A stretch of DNA of 64,000 bases from an uncultured Solirubrobacterales bacterium (GTDB lineage: Bacteria > Actinomycetota > Thermoleophilia > Solirubrobacterales > Solirubrobacteraceae): positions 60,280 through 124,279 of the forward strand of contig CAWEOK010000016.1 in the NCBI GenBank assembly GCA_963810645.1. Reading direction: 5' to 3'. This document shows positions 36,492 to 45,550 of the stretch, piece after piece; positions within the stretch are counted from its first letter, which is position 1; every line of letters begins with the position of its first letter. Position numbers and translations under genes: made by a program. The notes beneath the pieces are model-generated. The model ran no database searches. It was not told the DNA's origin and worked only from the letters and a program-made list of their open reading frames with translations.

Positions 36492-37618
36492 ATTTGGGCC
36501 TCCACAGCGGCCTGAGCTCCGAGATGAACGATCTCACCGAGGCGCACGATGCATGAGCCGGCGACGATCTCATCGTCGAAGTCCAGGTGCAGCTGGCCGT
36601 CCTCGCCGACGAGCAACTCCAGCAGCGCGAGCACGTTGCGCGCGAACAGCTGCGAGGCGTGCTCGGGCATGAGCGCGGGCAGGTTCAACGGCGCGACGAT
36701 CTTGACGTCGTGCTTGACGACGGTCTCCCCCGGCTCGGTCAGCTCGCAGTTGCCGCCGGACTCGCCCGCCAGGTCGACGATCACCGACCCGGGCTTCATC
36801 CCTTCCACCGCCTCCGCGGTGACGAGCTTTGGCGCAGGACGTCCCGGCACGAGCGCGGTCGTTATGACGACGTCGAACCCCTTGATCGCCTCGGTCAGTG
36901 CGTACTGCTGCACCGCCCGCTCCTGCGCGGTCAGCTCGCGTGCGTACCCGCCCTCGCCGCTGGCCTCCAGGCCGAGATCGAGCCACTGCGCGCCCAGCGA
37001 CTGCACCTGCTCGGCCACCTCGGGCCGCACGTCGTAGCCGGTGGTGCGCGCGCCCAGGCGCTTGGCGGTGGCCAGCGCCTGCAATCCGGCGACGCCCGCG
37101 CCGAGCACGAGCACCTTGGCGGGCGGGATCGTGCCGGCGGCGGTCATCAGCATCGGGTAGAACCGGCCCAGGTTCTCGGCGCCGAGCAGCGCTGCCTCAT
37201 AACCGGCGACGTTCGACTGCGAGGACAGCGCATCCATCGACTGCGCGCGCGATATGCGCGGGATCGCCTCCATCGCGAATGCGGTCGCATGCGCGCCCGC
37301 CAGCGCACGTGTCGTCTGCGGGCTGGTCAGCGGCGCGAGGAAGCCCACCAGGATCGAGCCGGACCCCAGCGCCCGGATCTGCTCGGGGTCGGGCGGGGCG
37401 ATCGTGACGACGACGTCACACCCCCAGACCTCGGCGGCATTGCCGGTCAGCTCGGCGCCCGCATCGGCGAATGCGCCGTCGGGCAGCAGCGCACCGGCGC
37501 CCGCGCCACTCTGCACGAGCACCTCGATGCCTTTCGCCTTCAGCTTGCCGACCACCTCCGGCACGAGCGCGACTCGGTGCTCGCCGGGAGCGGTCTCAGT
37601 CGGAACGCCGATCCGCAT
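36488..37618 (-). CDS. pntAA: NAD(P) transhydrogenase subunit alpha, part 1 (dI)
   Basis: MRIGVPTETAPGEHRVALVPE and VLGAGVAGLQA (Rossmann fold). Confidence 0.95.
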   Translation of the reverse strand: MRIGVPTETAPGEHRVALVPEVVGKLKAKGIEVLVQSGAGAGALLPDGAFADAGAELTGNAAEVWGCDVVVTIAPPDPEQIRALGSGSILVGFLAPLTSPQTTRALAGAHATAFAMEAIPRISRAQSMDALSSQSNVAGYEAALLGAENLGRFYPMLMTAAGTIPPAKVLVLGAGVAGLQALATAKRLGARTTGYDVRPEVAEQVQSLGAQWLDLGLEASGEGGYARELTAQERAVQQYALTEAIKGFDVVITTALVPGRPAPKLVTAEAVEGMKPGSVIVDLAGESGGNCELTEPGETVVKHDVKIVAPLNLPALMPEHASQLFARNVLALLELLVGEDGQLHLDFDDEIVAGSCIVRLGEIVHLGAQAAVEAQI

Positions 37619-37704
37619 TGGGTCCGAGAACGTATCCGATCCTCCCGACGGCGGGCGGTCCGGGTTGGCGTCTGGAGGCCCGGGCGTGCGAACATGGCAG
37701 GGCC

Positions 37705-38427
37705 ATGACGGTGAATCTGACCCGCATCTACACCAAGCTCGGCGACGGCGGCGAGACCCATCTGGGAGACATGAGCCGCGTCTCCAAGCTGCACCCCCGC
37801 GTCGAGGCCTACGGGACGGTCGACGAGCTGAACGCGACGCTCGGGGTGGCGCTGACCCAGCCGGGACTGCCGGACCGGATCGCGGCGTGGCTCACACGCG
37901 TGCAGAACGACCTGCTCGACCTCGGCGCCGACCTGTCGGTCCCGGGCGCGGTCGAGGCGGAGGCGAAGGCGAAGGATGGGTCACGGCGGGAGGATGAGAT
38001 CGGGGATGGGGATGGCGATGAGGACGGGGATGAGGACGGTGACGGGGACGGCAAGCAAGCGGCCGACAGGCATCAGCGCCCACGGCTGCGTGTGACCGCC
38101 CAGTACACCGAGTGGTTGGAGGGGGCCTGTGACGAGGTCAACGCGACGCTTGCGCCACTGCGCTCGTTCGTGATCCCCGGGGGCACGGCCGCCGCCGCGC
38201 AACTGCACGTCTGCCGCACCGTCTGCCGCCGGGCGGAGCGACGCGCGATCGCCCTCGGCGCGGAGGGCAACCCGGAGGTCGTGCGCTACCTGAACAGGTT
38301 GTCGGATCTGCTGTTCATCCTCGCGCGCGCGGTGAACAAAGACGGGGTGGTGGGATCCGAATCGGGGTCCGAGCCACTATGGGATCCGGGAGCCCACGGC
38401 TCGGGCTCCGCTTCCCAGCCCACGTGA
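37705..38427 (+). CDS. pduO: PduO-type ATP:cob(I)alamin adenosyltransferase, with an acidic Gly/Asp/Glu insertion
   Basis: From the ATG at 37705 the product reads MTVNLTRIYTKLGDGGETHL...RVEAYGTVDELNA...FVIPGG...LHVCRTVCRRAERR. Confidence 0.9.
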   Translation: MTVNLTRIYTKLGDGGETHLGDMSRVSKLHPRVEAYGTVDELNATLGVALTQPGLPDRIAAWLTRVQNDLLDLGADLSVPGAVEAEAKAKDGSRREDEIGDGDGDEDGDEDGDGDGKQAADRHQRPRLRVTAQYTEWLEGACDEVNATLAPLRSFVIPGGTAAAAQLHVCRTVCRRAERRAIALGAEGNPEVVRYLNRLSDLLFILARAVNKDGVVGSESGSEPLWDPGAHGSGSASQPT

Positions 38428-39105
38428 GCGCGAGCGTGCCTCGCCGGCACGCAGACCGGCCACGGCCAGGGCCATCCACAGCGTGCCCACCAAGTAGCCG
38501 CCTACGACATCGCTCGGCAGATGCCAGGCGAGGATCAGCAGCGAGAAGCTGACGGCCGCCACGAACAGCACACCCAGGGCGGCTGCTGCCGGACGCAGGC
38601 GGTTTGGCGCGACCAGCACGGCGCACATGACGAGCGCGGTCGCCGCCGTCGAATGGCCGCTCGGCCAAGACGCGGCGTTGACCCAGCTGCCACCCCCGAC
38701 GTAAGCGTGTGGATGCGCGAGCAGTGGCTTGAGGATCTCGCTCGTCAGCGGCGCCAGGCCCAGTACGAGCCCGACGGCCAGCGCGACCTTGGGACGTCCG
38801 CGCCTGAGCGCGACCGCCATCAGGATGGTCCCCCAGAGGATGTAGAGCACCGGGTCGAGCAGGTGCAGCAATGCGTTCGCCACGTCGTCCAGTCGCGGCC
38901 CGCCGAGCAGCGTGAAGTCGTACAGCGCGACCGCGTCTTTGACGTGCGTCGCGGGCACAAACGCGGCCACGATCCAGGTCAGCGCGAGCGCGAGCGCGCA
39001 CAGCCCGGCGACCCACAGGGGCCCGGCGGCGGTTGGCCGGCCGTAATCTCCGCGTCGCGTGTGCGGGTGGGCGGCCGATAGATACACCGTTGACATGCTC
39101 TCCAC
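38377..39105 (-). CDS. PAP2-family (type 2 phosphatidic acid / undecaprenyl-diphosphate) phosphatase
   Basis: Six hydrophobic segments and SWPSGHSTAATALV (PSGH motif). Its 3' end overlaps pduO by about 50 nt (convergent). Confidence 0.8.
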   Translation of the reverse strand: MESMSTVYLSAAHPHTRRGDYGRPTAAGPLWVAGLCALALALTWIVAAFVPATHVKDAVALYDFTLLGGPRLDDVANALLHLLDPVLYILWGTILMAVALRRGRPKVALAVGLVLGLAPLTSEILKPLLAHPHAYVGGGSWVNAASWPSGHSTAATALVMCAVLVAPNRLRPAAAALGVLFVAAVSFSLLILAWHLPSDVVGGYLVGTLWMALAVAGLRAGEARSRSRGLGSGARAVGSRIP

Positions 39106-39202
39106 AGGGTAGGCGTGTCGGTAAAGGGAGGCTGAACCGCGGGTTGGACACGGCGCGAGACCCGCTCTCGAGCGAGGGTCCGCTTACATTTGCCCGGCGC
39201 GG

Positions 39203-40822
39203 CTACGGCCCAACTGGGAAAGTCCTGCCCGCGAGCGCGATCAGCGCCTGCGCGGTCACCCAGACGGGGGTCTGGGAGCCGGTGCGCGAGTAGCGGATGC
39301 TGCCGCCGGGCGCGATCAGGCTTTCCAGGTAGCCGACCGGGGAGCGGCTGCCGTGGCGGCGGATCGTGTGAGGGTTATATCCGGCGGCGATCAGGCCCTG
39401 GATCGCCCAGGCGGTTGACTGGGCGTTGGATTCGCCGCCGTACTGCTGGGGCAGGCCGCCGTCGAGGTTCTGGGAGCGGATCAGGTAGTCGGCCCCGGCA
39501 TCCAGGACGTGCTTGTTGCGAGCGCCGGCGTCGGCGAGCGCCTGCAGCGCCGTGCCGGTGTCATCGACGTCGCTGGGCGAGCCGTGCACGTCGAAGGAAA
39601 AGCCACCGTCGGAGCTCTGCTGGCGCTCGATCCAGCCCGCTGCTTCGCGGATCGGGCCGAAGGCCGGTGAATGCCCGACCGCACGCAGCGCGAAGATCGC
39701 GAACGCCGTGAGATCGACCATGTTCTGAAACGAGCCATCGCGTTCACGCGCGCGCAGTACTTCGGCGACGAGGTTGCGCCCGGCGAACGAGTACGCGCTT
39801 GCTCCGCAGGTGTGCGCGGCGAGGATCGTGCGCTCGGTATCGCCGAGACCCTGCAGCGTCGAGACTTCGCCGCGCAACGCGTCGAGTACCGAGTGCCCAT
39901 CGTGGGTGACGCTCGCCGGGTCGTGCCCGGCGGCCGCCAGGCCCATCGCGGCCCAGGCGGAATACAGCTCGCTGGGGCTCTGGCCGGCGGCGGCGCCATA
40001 TCCGCCGTTGGAGCTCTGGACCGAGAGCAGATATGAGACCTCGGGCGACAGGGACGCAGCGTGGGCGCGGGCGATCGATGCTCGTGCCGCCGGAATGCTC
40101 CGGCCCAGCGATAACCCACCCAGCACGAGCGCGAGGACCACCAATGCCACGGTCATCCCTCGTGCCGCCGGCGGGTGGCCCGTGGATAGGTCCGGCATGG
40201 CAGGCGTGTCCGGGACAGGTTCCCACTGAACGGTCATGCGCTCGCGGGTGCGGGCCAGCAGGCGCGCGAGCTCGGGTCCGAAGGCGAGCGCGAACAGCAG
40301 TGTCGCAACCGTGTCTGTGACGTCGAACGGCAGCGCCGCGCCCGCGTATGCGATGAACGCCGCGGGAGTATGGCTGGCGCCGATCGTCCAGGTGTAGAGG
40401 TTCATGATCTCCTTGGCCATCAGCGCCGCGGCGGCGCAGGCGATCGCCAGCGGCACTCGTGGCAGACGCCGGCCACTGACCCGCCCGAGCGTCGCTCCCG
40501 CGAGACCGACGAGACCCCAGGCGGCCATCTGCCAGGGGGTGTACGGGCCCTGACCGAGCATGATGTTCGACGCGAGCATGCCGATCGCGCCGACGGTGAA
40601 CCCGGGCAGCGGGCCGAGGGCGTAGCCGACGACGAACGCGATCGCGGTGATCGGCTTGACGTCGGGCAGTGCCACGAACGCGTCACGACCAAGCGCGGCG
40701 ACGGCCGCCAGTGTCGCCACCACGGCGACCATGCGCGCGGAGGGACGCCGGCGCTCGTATGCGATCCAGCCGGCGGCCAGGACCAGCCCGACAAGCAGAA
40801 ACGAGGCCGGCAGCCAGCTCAC
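39203..40822 (-). CDS. fusion protein: ECF-transporter S-component-like membrane domain, one extra TM, and an extracytoplasmic prenyltransferase/squalene-cyclase-repeat (alpha/alpha toroid) domain
   Basis: The N-terminal 200 aa or so hold about six hydrophobic helices. The C-terminal half carries repeated QxxxGG(F/Y/L) motifs (VQSSNGGYG, RERDGSF, RQQSSDGGFSF, RSQNLDGGLP). The GTG start makes a GTGA overlap with the ecfA stop. Confidence 0.7.
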   Translation of the reverse strand: MSWLPASFLLVGLVLAAGWIAYERRRPSARMVAVVATLAAVAALGRDAFVALPDVKPITAIAFVVGYALGPLPGFTVGAIGMLASNIMLGQGPYTPWQMAAWGLVGLAGATLGRVSGRRLPRVPLAIACAAAALMAKEIMNLYTWTIGASHTPAAFIAYAGAALPFDVTDTVATLLFALAFGPELARLLARTRERMTVQWEPVPDTPAMPDLSTGHPPAARGMTVALVVLALVLGGLSLGRSIPAARASIARAHAASLSPEVSYLLSVQSSNGGYGAAAGQSPSELYSAWAAMGLAAAGHDPASVTHDGHSVLDALRGEVSTLQGLGDTERTILAAHTCGASAYSFAGRNLVAEVLRARERDGSFQNMVDLTAFAIFALRAVGHSPAFGPIREAAGWIERQQSSDGGFSFDVHGSPSDVDDTGTALQALADAGARNKHVLDAGADYLIRSQNLDGGLPQQYGGESNAQSTAWAIQGLIAAGYNPHTIRRHGSRSPVGYLESLIAPGGSIRYSRTGSQTPVWVTAQALIALAGRTFPVGP

Positions 40823-42444
40823 GCGACGGCCCTCAATGCGATGTCTGACTGCAGCAGCGCGGCGCCCTGCTCGGGCAGCAGCGCCCCACCTGCGCCGCCG
40901 AGGATGCGGGCGGTCTCGGTGGCGAAATACCAGCCTCCGGCGAGCAGTTCTGTTGCATCCCCGTCGGCGATCACGCGGCCGTCGGCGAGCAGAACCGCGC
41001 GCTGCGCGCAGGATGCGGCGAACTCGGGGTCGTGCGTGGCCACGATCACCGCCAGTCCCCGCTCGGCGCGGCGGCGCAGCTCCAGCGCCAGCTCGGCCTT
41101 GGCCTCGCGGTCCATGCCCCGCGTCGGCTCATCCAGCGCGAGCACCGCCGGTGGGCCGTCCGGCGAATCGGCTCCGTCGCCCGCGACGATCGCCAGCGCC
41201 AGTCGTTGACGCTCGCCTCCGGACAGGTCGCGCGGGTTGCGCTGGGCCATGTGCGCCAGCCCGACGGACTGCAACGCCTCCGCAGAGGTCTCCTCGCAGA
41301 CCTGCTCGTGCACGAAGTAGTCGCCCGGGTTCTGCAGTAGCAGCGCGACCCGGCCGGCGCGCTCGATCCGCCCGCGTGTCGGTTCCAGCAGACCGGCGGC
41401 GTGACGCAGGAGCGTGGACTTACCTGCGCCGTTACGGCCCATCAGCGCGACGGTCTCACCGGGATGCAGGGTCAGCTCGACGCCACGCAGGATCGCCGGA
41501 CCGTCGCGCAACTCGTGCCAAACGCCGCGCACTTGCAACGCCGTGGCGGGCTTGCGCGAACGCCGCTTACGTGGCACAGCCGCAGCGGCCTCGGGCACAT
41601 CGTCACGATCCTTGGGCAGCAGTCCGCGCGCCCGTAACGCGGCGCGGGCCTGGCGCACGCCGACGGGCAGCGGTTGCAGGCCGGCGAGCGCGAACAGCTT
41701 CGATCCGGGCGTCTGCAGGGCGGGCGATTCGCGCGCTGCCCAGGCGAGGAACGACGCGGGATCGCCGTCGTGCGCGATGCGTCCACCGCGCATGGCGATC
41801 ACACGATCCGCCGCCGACAGGCAGCGCTCCAGGCGATGCTCGGCCAGCAGGATCGTCGTCTCCCACTCCTGATTCAGCCGGCGCAGCAGCCCTATCAGCT
41901 CATCACCGGCGACCGGGTCCAGCTGCGAGGTCGGCTCGTCGAGCAGCACCACCGGGGGCCTGCCCGCGAGCGCAGCGCCGAGCGCGACACGCTGCTGCTC
42001 GCCGCCGGAGAGCTCGTGCACCGAGCGGTCGAGCAGCGCGTCGATCCCCAGCGCGAGCGCGACCTCCTCCACCCCGCGCGCGACCGCGCCGGAGCCGTGG
42101 CCGCGGCTCTCCAGCGACAGCGACAGCTCCGAGCGCACCGAGCTCGTCACGAGCTGCGTCTCGGGGTCCTGGAACAGAGCGCCCGCGACTGCACCCAGCT
42201 GCGCGGGTCCGTGCTCGCGCGTATCCATGCCGGCCAGCGTGACCGTTCCGGCGTAGCGCCCGCCGTGGAAGTGCGGCACCAGTCCACAGGCGGCCCGCAG
42301 CAGCGTCGACTTACCGTGACCGGACAGGCCCGCGAGCAGGCACAGCTCGCCGGGCTCGATCTCGAAGCTGACATCGTCGAGCGCCGGCTGCTCGGCGCCG
42401 GGGTAGTGGTAGGTGACGCGGTCGAACGCCAGGATCGGGGTCAT
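40819..42444 (-). CDS. ecfA: ECF transporter ATPase, tandem fusion of two ABC domains (EcfA1-EcfA2-like)
   Basis: Two Walker A motifs (GLSGHGKST, GRNGAGKST), two signature motifs (LSGGEQQR, LSGGERQR) and two Walker B motifs (LLDEPT, ALDEPT). The ATG at 42442-42444 makes an ATGA overlap with ecfT. Confidence 0.9.
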   Translation of the reverse strand: MTPILAFDRVTYHYPGAEQPALDDVSFEIEPGELCLLAGLSGHGKSTLLRAACGLVPHFHGGRYAGTVTLAGMDTREHGPAQLGAVAGALFQDPETQLVTSSVRSELSLSLESRGHGSGAVARGVEEVALALGIDALLDRSVHELSGGEQQRVALGAALAGRPPVVLLDEPTSQLDPVAGDELIGLLRRLNQEWETTILLAEHRLERCLSAADRVIAMRGGRIAHDGDPASFLAWAARESPALQTPGSKLFALAGLQPLPVGVRQARAALRARGLLPKDRDDVPEAAAAVPRKRRSRKPATALQVRGVWHELRDGPAILRGVELTLHPGETVALMGRNGAGKSTLLRHAAGLLEPTRGRIERAGRVALLLQNPGDYFVHEQVCEETSAEALQSVGLAHMAQRNPRDLSGGERQRLALAIVAGDGADSPDGPPAVLALDEPTRGMDREAKAELALELRRRAERGLAVIVATHDPEFAASCAQRAVLLADGRVIADGDATELLAGGWYFATETARILGGAGGALLPEQGAALLQSDIALRAVA

Positions 42445-43349
42445 GGGTCGATACCTCGACGGTCTGCGAACGGCAGCAGGATGGCCGCAATCAGCGCGGC
42501 GCACAGCACGAGCGTTGCGATGCTCGTCGGCATGTGGATGAGAGGGTACGCCTGAAATGCAGCCGCTTCGGTCAACCGGCCGAGCACGGTGAGCGCGACG
42601 ATCGCGATGGCCGAGCATGCGAACGCGATGTCGTGACGCGACCATGGGCGCACGGCACGAGGGGTGCGCGGGGAGCCAGATCTAGCAGCGGCGAAGCCGC
42701 GCAGCTCGAGTGTGGCCGCCACGTCCATGGCGCGGTCGAGCGAGCCGCCGATGACGGCGCCGAGCAGTGCTACGCGCGCGCGGGCACCGGTGGGAGCGCC
42801 ACCTGGGCGCGTGTGTTGAGCCTCGGCCAGGCGCCCGGAGTCGGCGGCCAGTAGGGGAATCATGCGGGTCGCCAGCGAGGCGGTCAGCGCCGAGCGATAG
42901 GACAGCCGGCGCACCGCGCGCAGCAGCTCGTCGGGGTCGACCGCGAGGCTTGCAAGCGTCGTGACGAGGATCAGCAGCGTGACCTTCAGCCCGATGACCG
43001 CCCCATAGACGAGCGCCTCGACGGTGAGATCGCCCTGGCCCAACGGACCGAGATCGCCGAGCCGCGCGAACACGGTCAGGCCGTCGCGCGAGACGAGCAC
43101 GTTGATCGCGACGATCGGCACGGCCACGATCGCGGCGGTACGCAGGGTGCGCCTCAGCTGATGGCCAAGTCCGGCGGCCACCCCCGCGCCGAGCACAGCC
43201 AGCGTCAGCGCGAGCAGGACCAGCGGATGGAACAGCACGAGCACGGCCACGGTGAGCGCGAGTGCCCATGTGGCAGCGACACCGGCGCGCGCGGCGTGCA
43301 GGGGACTTGGGAGGCGGCGGTAAAAGAACGACGAACGTCCGCCCAGCAT
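42441..43349 (-). CDS. ecfT: ECF transporter transmembrane (T) component, CbiQ/EcfT family
   Basis: From the ATG at 43347-43349 the product is polytopic, with Arg-containing coupling helices (RSALTASLATR...LELRGF). Confidence 0.85.
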   Translation of the reverse strand: MLGGRSSFFYRRLPSPLHAARAGVAATWALALTVAVLVLFHPLVLLALTLAVLGAGVAAGLGHQLRRTLRTAAIVAVPIVAINVLVSRDGLTVFARLGDLGPLGQGDLTVEALVYGAVIGLKVTLLILVTTLASLAVDPDELLRAVRRLSYRSALTASLATRMIPLLAADSGRLAEAQHTRPGGAPTGARARVALLGAVIGGSLDRAMDVAATLELRGFAAARSGSPRTPRAVRPWSRHDIAFACSAIAIVALTVLGRLTEAAAFQAYPLIHMPTSIATLVLCAALIAAILLPFADRRGIDP

Positions 43350-43353
43350 GCGC

Positions 43354-44334
43354 TCACCCTCCCGCGGATACGGGTGCCGGGAGCGACAGCAGCTCACCCC
43401 CGGGGGTGATCGCCAGCGCGAAGCGGTTGTGCAGGGCCACTTCGTCGAACGCGTGCGCCGCCAGTTCCACGCCCGCTTCATCGGTGCCCGTGACGACCCA
43501 GACGGGGTCTTCTTCGCCGCTGCGCGTGGCCGCGATCAGTCCCGCTCCCGCGCCGAGCGTACGGGCGATCGAGCCCTGTTCGTTCAGCACCGTCAGCGTT
43601 GACCCGTTCGCCGCCATGCGCGCATACACGCCGCTGGAGCCCGGTCCGGACTCGATCTCATGCACGGTCGGATCGCCGCTCACCGCGGTCCACGGTCCGA
43701 CCATCAGACGCAACGTTTCCGGCTCATTGCCGGGGCTGATCGCGGCGAGCGGGGCAAGCACACCGAGCTTCTGCAGGCGCGACTCGACCGTCGTGCACGG
43801 ACCGTTCGTCACCGAGGCGCATTCGACGCGCAGCGGCAACCGTTTGCCGTCGATCCCATTCGCGAACGGATCGGGAAACGACCCCACGACTGCGGGCACG
43901 CTGTCGGTCTGGCTCCAGTCGTGCAGATCCCACCAGATGTGATCGCCGGCATGCACGTTCGTCTCGGCCGCGCCCTTGGGCGCCTCGATGCCGTTGACGA
44001 AGTAGAACCAGTCCTGCGGCTGTCCGCCTGCCGATCCGCCGGAGAGCCCGTCGATGCTCTGCACGAACCCGCCGCCGTACTTGGTCGTTACGGTCGCGTT
44101 GCGCATCAGCAGGCTCATGACCGTTTCTTCGCCGCGTACCTTTGGCGCGCTCTCAGAGCGCACGACCTGGGCGCCGAAGTCGCGGGTCACGGTCAACTTG
44201 ACCGCAGTCGGCGCCGAGCCGGCGCCCAGGCCGCAGCCGGCGCTCGTGGCGGCCATGAGGACCGCCACGAGCACAGCCACGCCGAGCGCCCGGCGACGGA
44301 CAACGCATCGGAGCCGCTCGGCCCTAGGAGACAT
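43354..44334 (-). CDS. lipoprotein with an N-terminal DUF4430 (transcobalamin C-terminal-like) domain
   Basis: Lipobox (LMAATSAGC), then KLTVTRDFG...ETVMSLL...TTKYGGGFVQSIDGL...DWFYFVNG...GDHIWWD, which is the DUF4430 pattern as I recall it. Confidence 0.7.
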   Translation of the reverse strand: MSPRAERLRCVVRRRALGVAVLVAVLMAATSAGCGLGAGSAPTAVKLTVTRDFGAQVVRSESAPKVRGEETVMSLLMRNATVTTKYGGGFVQSIDGLSGGSAGGQPQDWFYFVNGIEAPKGAAETNVHAGDHIWWDLHDWSQTDSVPAVVGSFPDPFANGIDGKRLPLRVECASVTNGPCTTVESRLQKLGVLAPLAAISPGNEPETLRLMVGPWTAVSGDPTVHEIESGPGSSGVYARMAANGSTLTVLNEQGSIARTLGAGAGLIAATRSGEEDPVWVVTGTDEAGVELAAHAFDEVALHNRFALAITPGGELLSLPAPVSAGG

Positions 44335-44339
44335 CGCCG

Positions 44340-45512
44340 CTAGCGGACATAGAACACGATCCTCGACGTTCCACGGGCCGGCGTCGTGTAGTTGCCGGCG
44401 GCGTCGGTCGCCGCGATGTCAAGCACATACCGGCCGGGAGGTAGCGATTCGGGCAGCAGGTATGAGAACTGACCGCTGCTCGACACCTTGAACGTGCTGC
44501 CCGTACCGCAGCGCGCTCGCACGAACCGGGTAGTGACGCCGTCGAATGCGTAGCAGCGACCTCGGTACTCGCGGCGCAGTTCAAGGCCGATCGAGGTGAC
44601 GTTGGTGTGCGCGAGCACCGTTCCCGAGAGCACCCGTGGGGCGTGGCCACGCTTGTAGGTGTGTCCGTCGATCAGGCTGGTCAGCCTCGGCACGAGCGCG
44701 TACTCGCCTTTGTAGGAGGGGACGACTGTCGTGCTGCCCGTGGATGTGGAGGCGGCCGACGAGCTGGTCGAGGTCCGGGTGCCGCACGTGCCGTCGTTGC
44801 CGTTGTGCACACAGATGTTGGCCTCGGTGCGAATTGAAGGGGACACGCTGGACGAGCCGGTCACATGCAGCGAATATTCACCGGGCGCTCCGAACGTCAG
44901 CGTGGCATGGCCACCTGCATCGGTCGTAGCGCTCACACCGCCGCCTGCAACAGTGGCGCCGACTGCCGGCGAGGCTTCTCCCTTGGAGTTGTACTGCTTG
45001 ACAATCACGTTGACCGCTTCGCCGATGTTGGCCGCCGTTGGCACTTCGACGCCAAGAGGATTAGGGCATTCTGTCGCTGTTTCAGAGCAGGGGGAAAACA
45101 GCACTTCTTGACCGGCTTCCGGTTCGGCTTCGCATGCTCCTACTTCCGACGCCGCGTGATTGACCCAGAGCTCCCAGTAGTAGCCACTACCAAAAGCGTG
45201 TTCCTCTCCCTCGATTGCATAGACCTCGTACTGACTGTATGAGGCATCCCAAGGACCGCCCCAATTGCCGCTGGTGGCGAGTTGCAGCGCACCGAGAGCA
45301 CTGGTCCCGGCACAGGAGTCTGCTGGTGTGCCGTCCTTGACAACGGGTTCCGTTGTTGTGGTCACCTGTGTCGCTGGGAGCAGGGTTTCGTTTAGACCCT
45401 CAACCCTGACGGTGACGGACGCTGGTCCGGCAGCCAAAGCTGTTGATGCAGACACGAATATCCCAAGACACGCGATGCCCAGCGCCAACGAGATACGACG
45501 AGATAGAACCAT
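44340..45512 (-). CDS. secreted multidomain protein: DUF4430-like domain, Ig-like/CarboxypepD_reg-like beta domains and a Ser/Thr linker
   Basis: The ATG at 45510-45512 has a GGAAAGGGG RBS. Signal peptide MVLSRRISLALGIACLGIFVSASTALA, then VTVRVEG.NETLL...GTSALGALQ...YYWELWVNH...GQEVLF. The 438-aa maximal ORF start falls inside the riboswitch. Confidence 0.65.
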   Translation of the reverse strand: MVLSRRISLALGIACLGIFVSASTALAAGPASVTVRVEGLNETLLPATQVTTTTEPVVKDGTPADSCAGTSALGALQLATSGNWGGPWDASYSQYEVYAIEGEEHAFGSGYYWELWVNHAASEVGACEAEPEAGQEVLFSPCSETATECPNPLGVEVPTAANIGEAVNVIVKQYNSKGEASPAVGATVAGGGVSATTDAGGHATLTFGAPGEYSLHVTGSSSVSPSIRTEANICVHNGNDGTCGTRTSTSSSAASTSTGSTTVVPSYKGEYALVPRLTSLIDGHTYKRGHAPRVLSGTVLAHTNVTSIGLELRREYRGRCYAFDGVTTRFVRARCGTGSTFKVSSSGQFSYLLPESLPPGRYVLDIAATDAAGNYTTPARGTSRIVFYVR

Positions 45513-45550
45513 TGAGCCAACCCCTTTCCACGAGGGCCTAGTGGGCTTGT

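Noticed and set aside
39106-39202. Imperfect hairpin (about 39150-39175) after the ECF operon as a terminator
   Set aside because: The stem is bulged and short with no U-tract. It is plausible but too weak to annotate.
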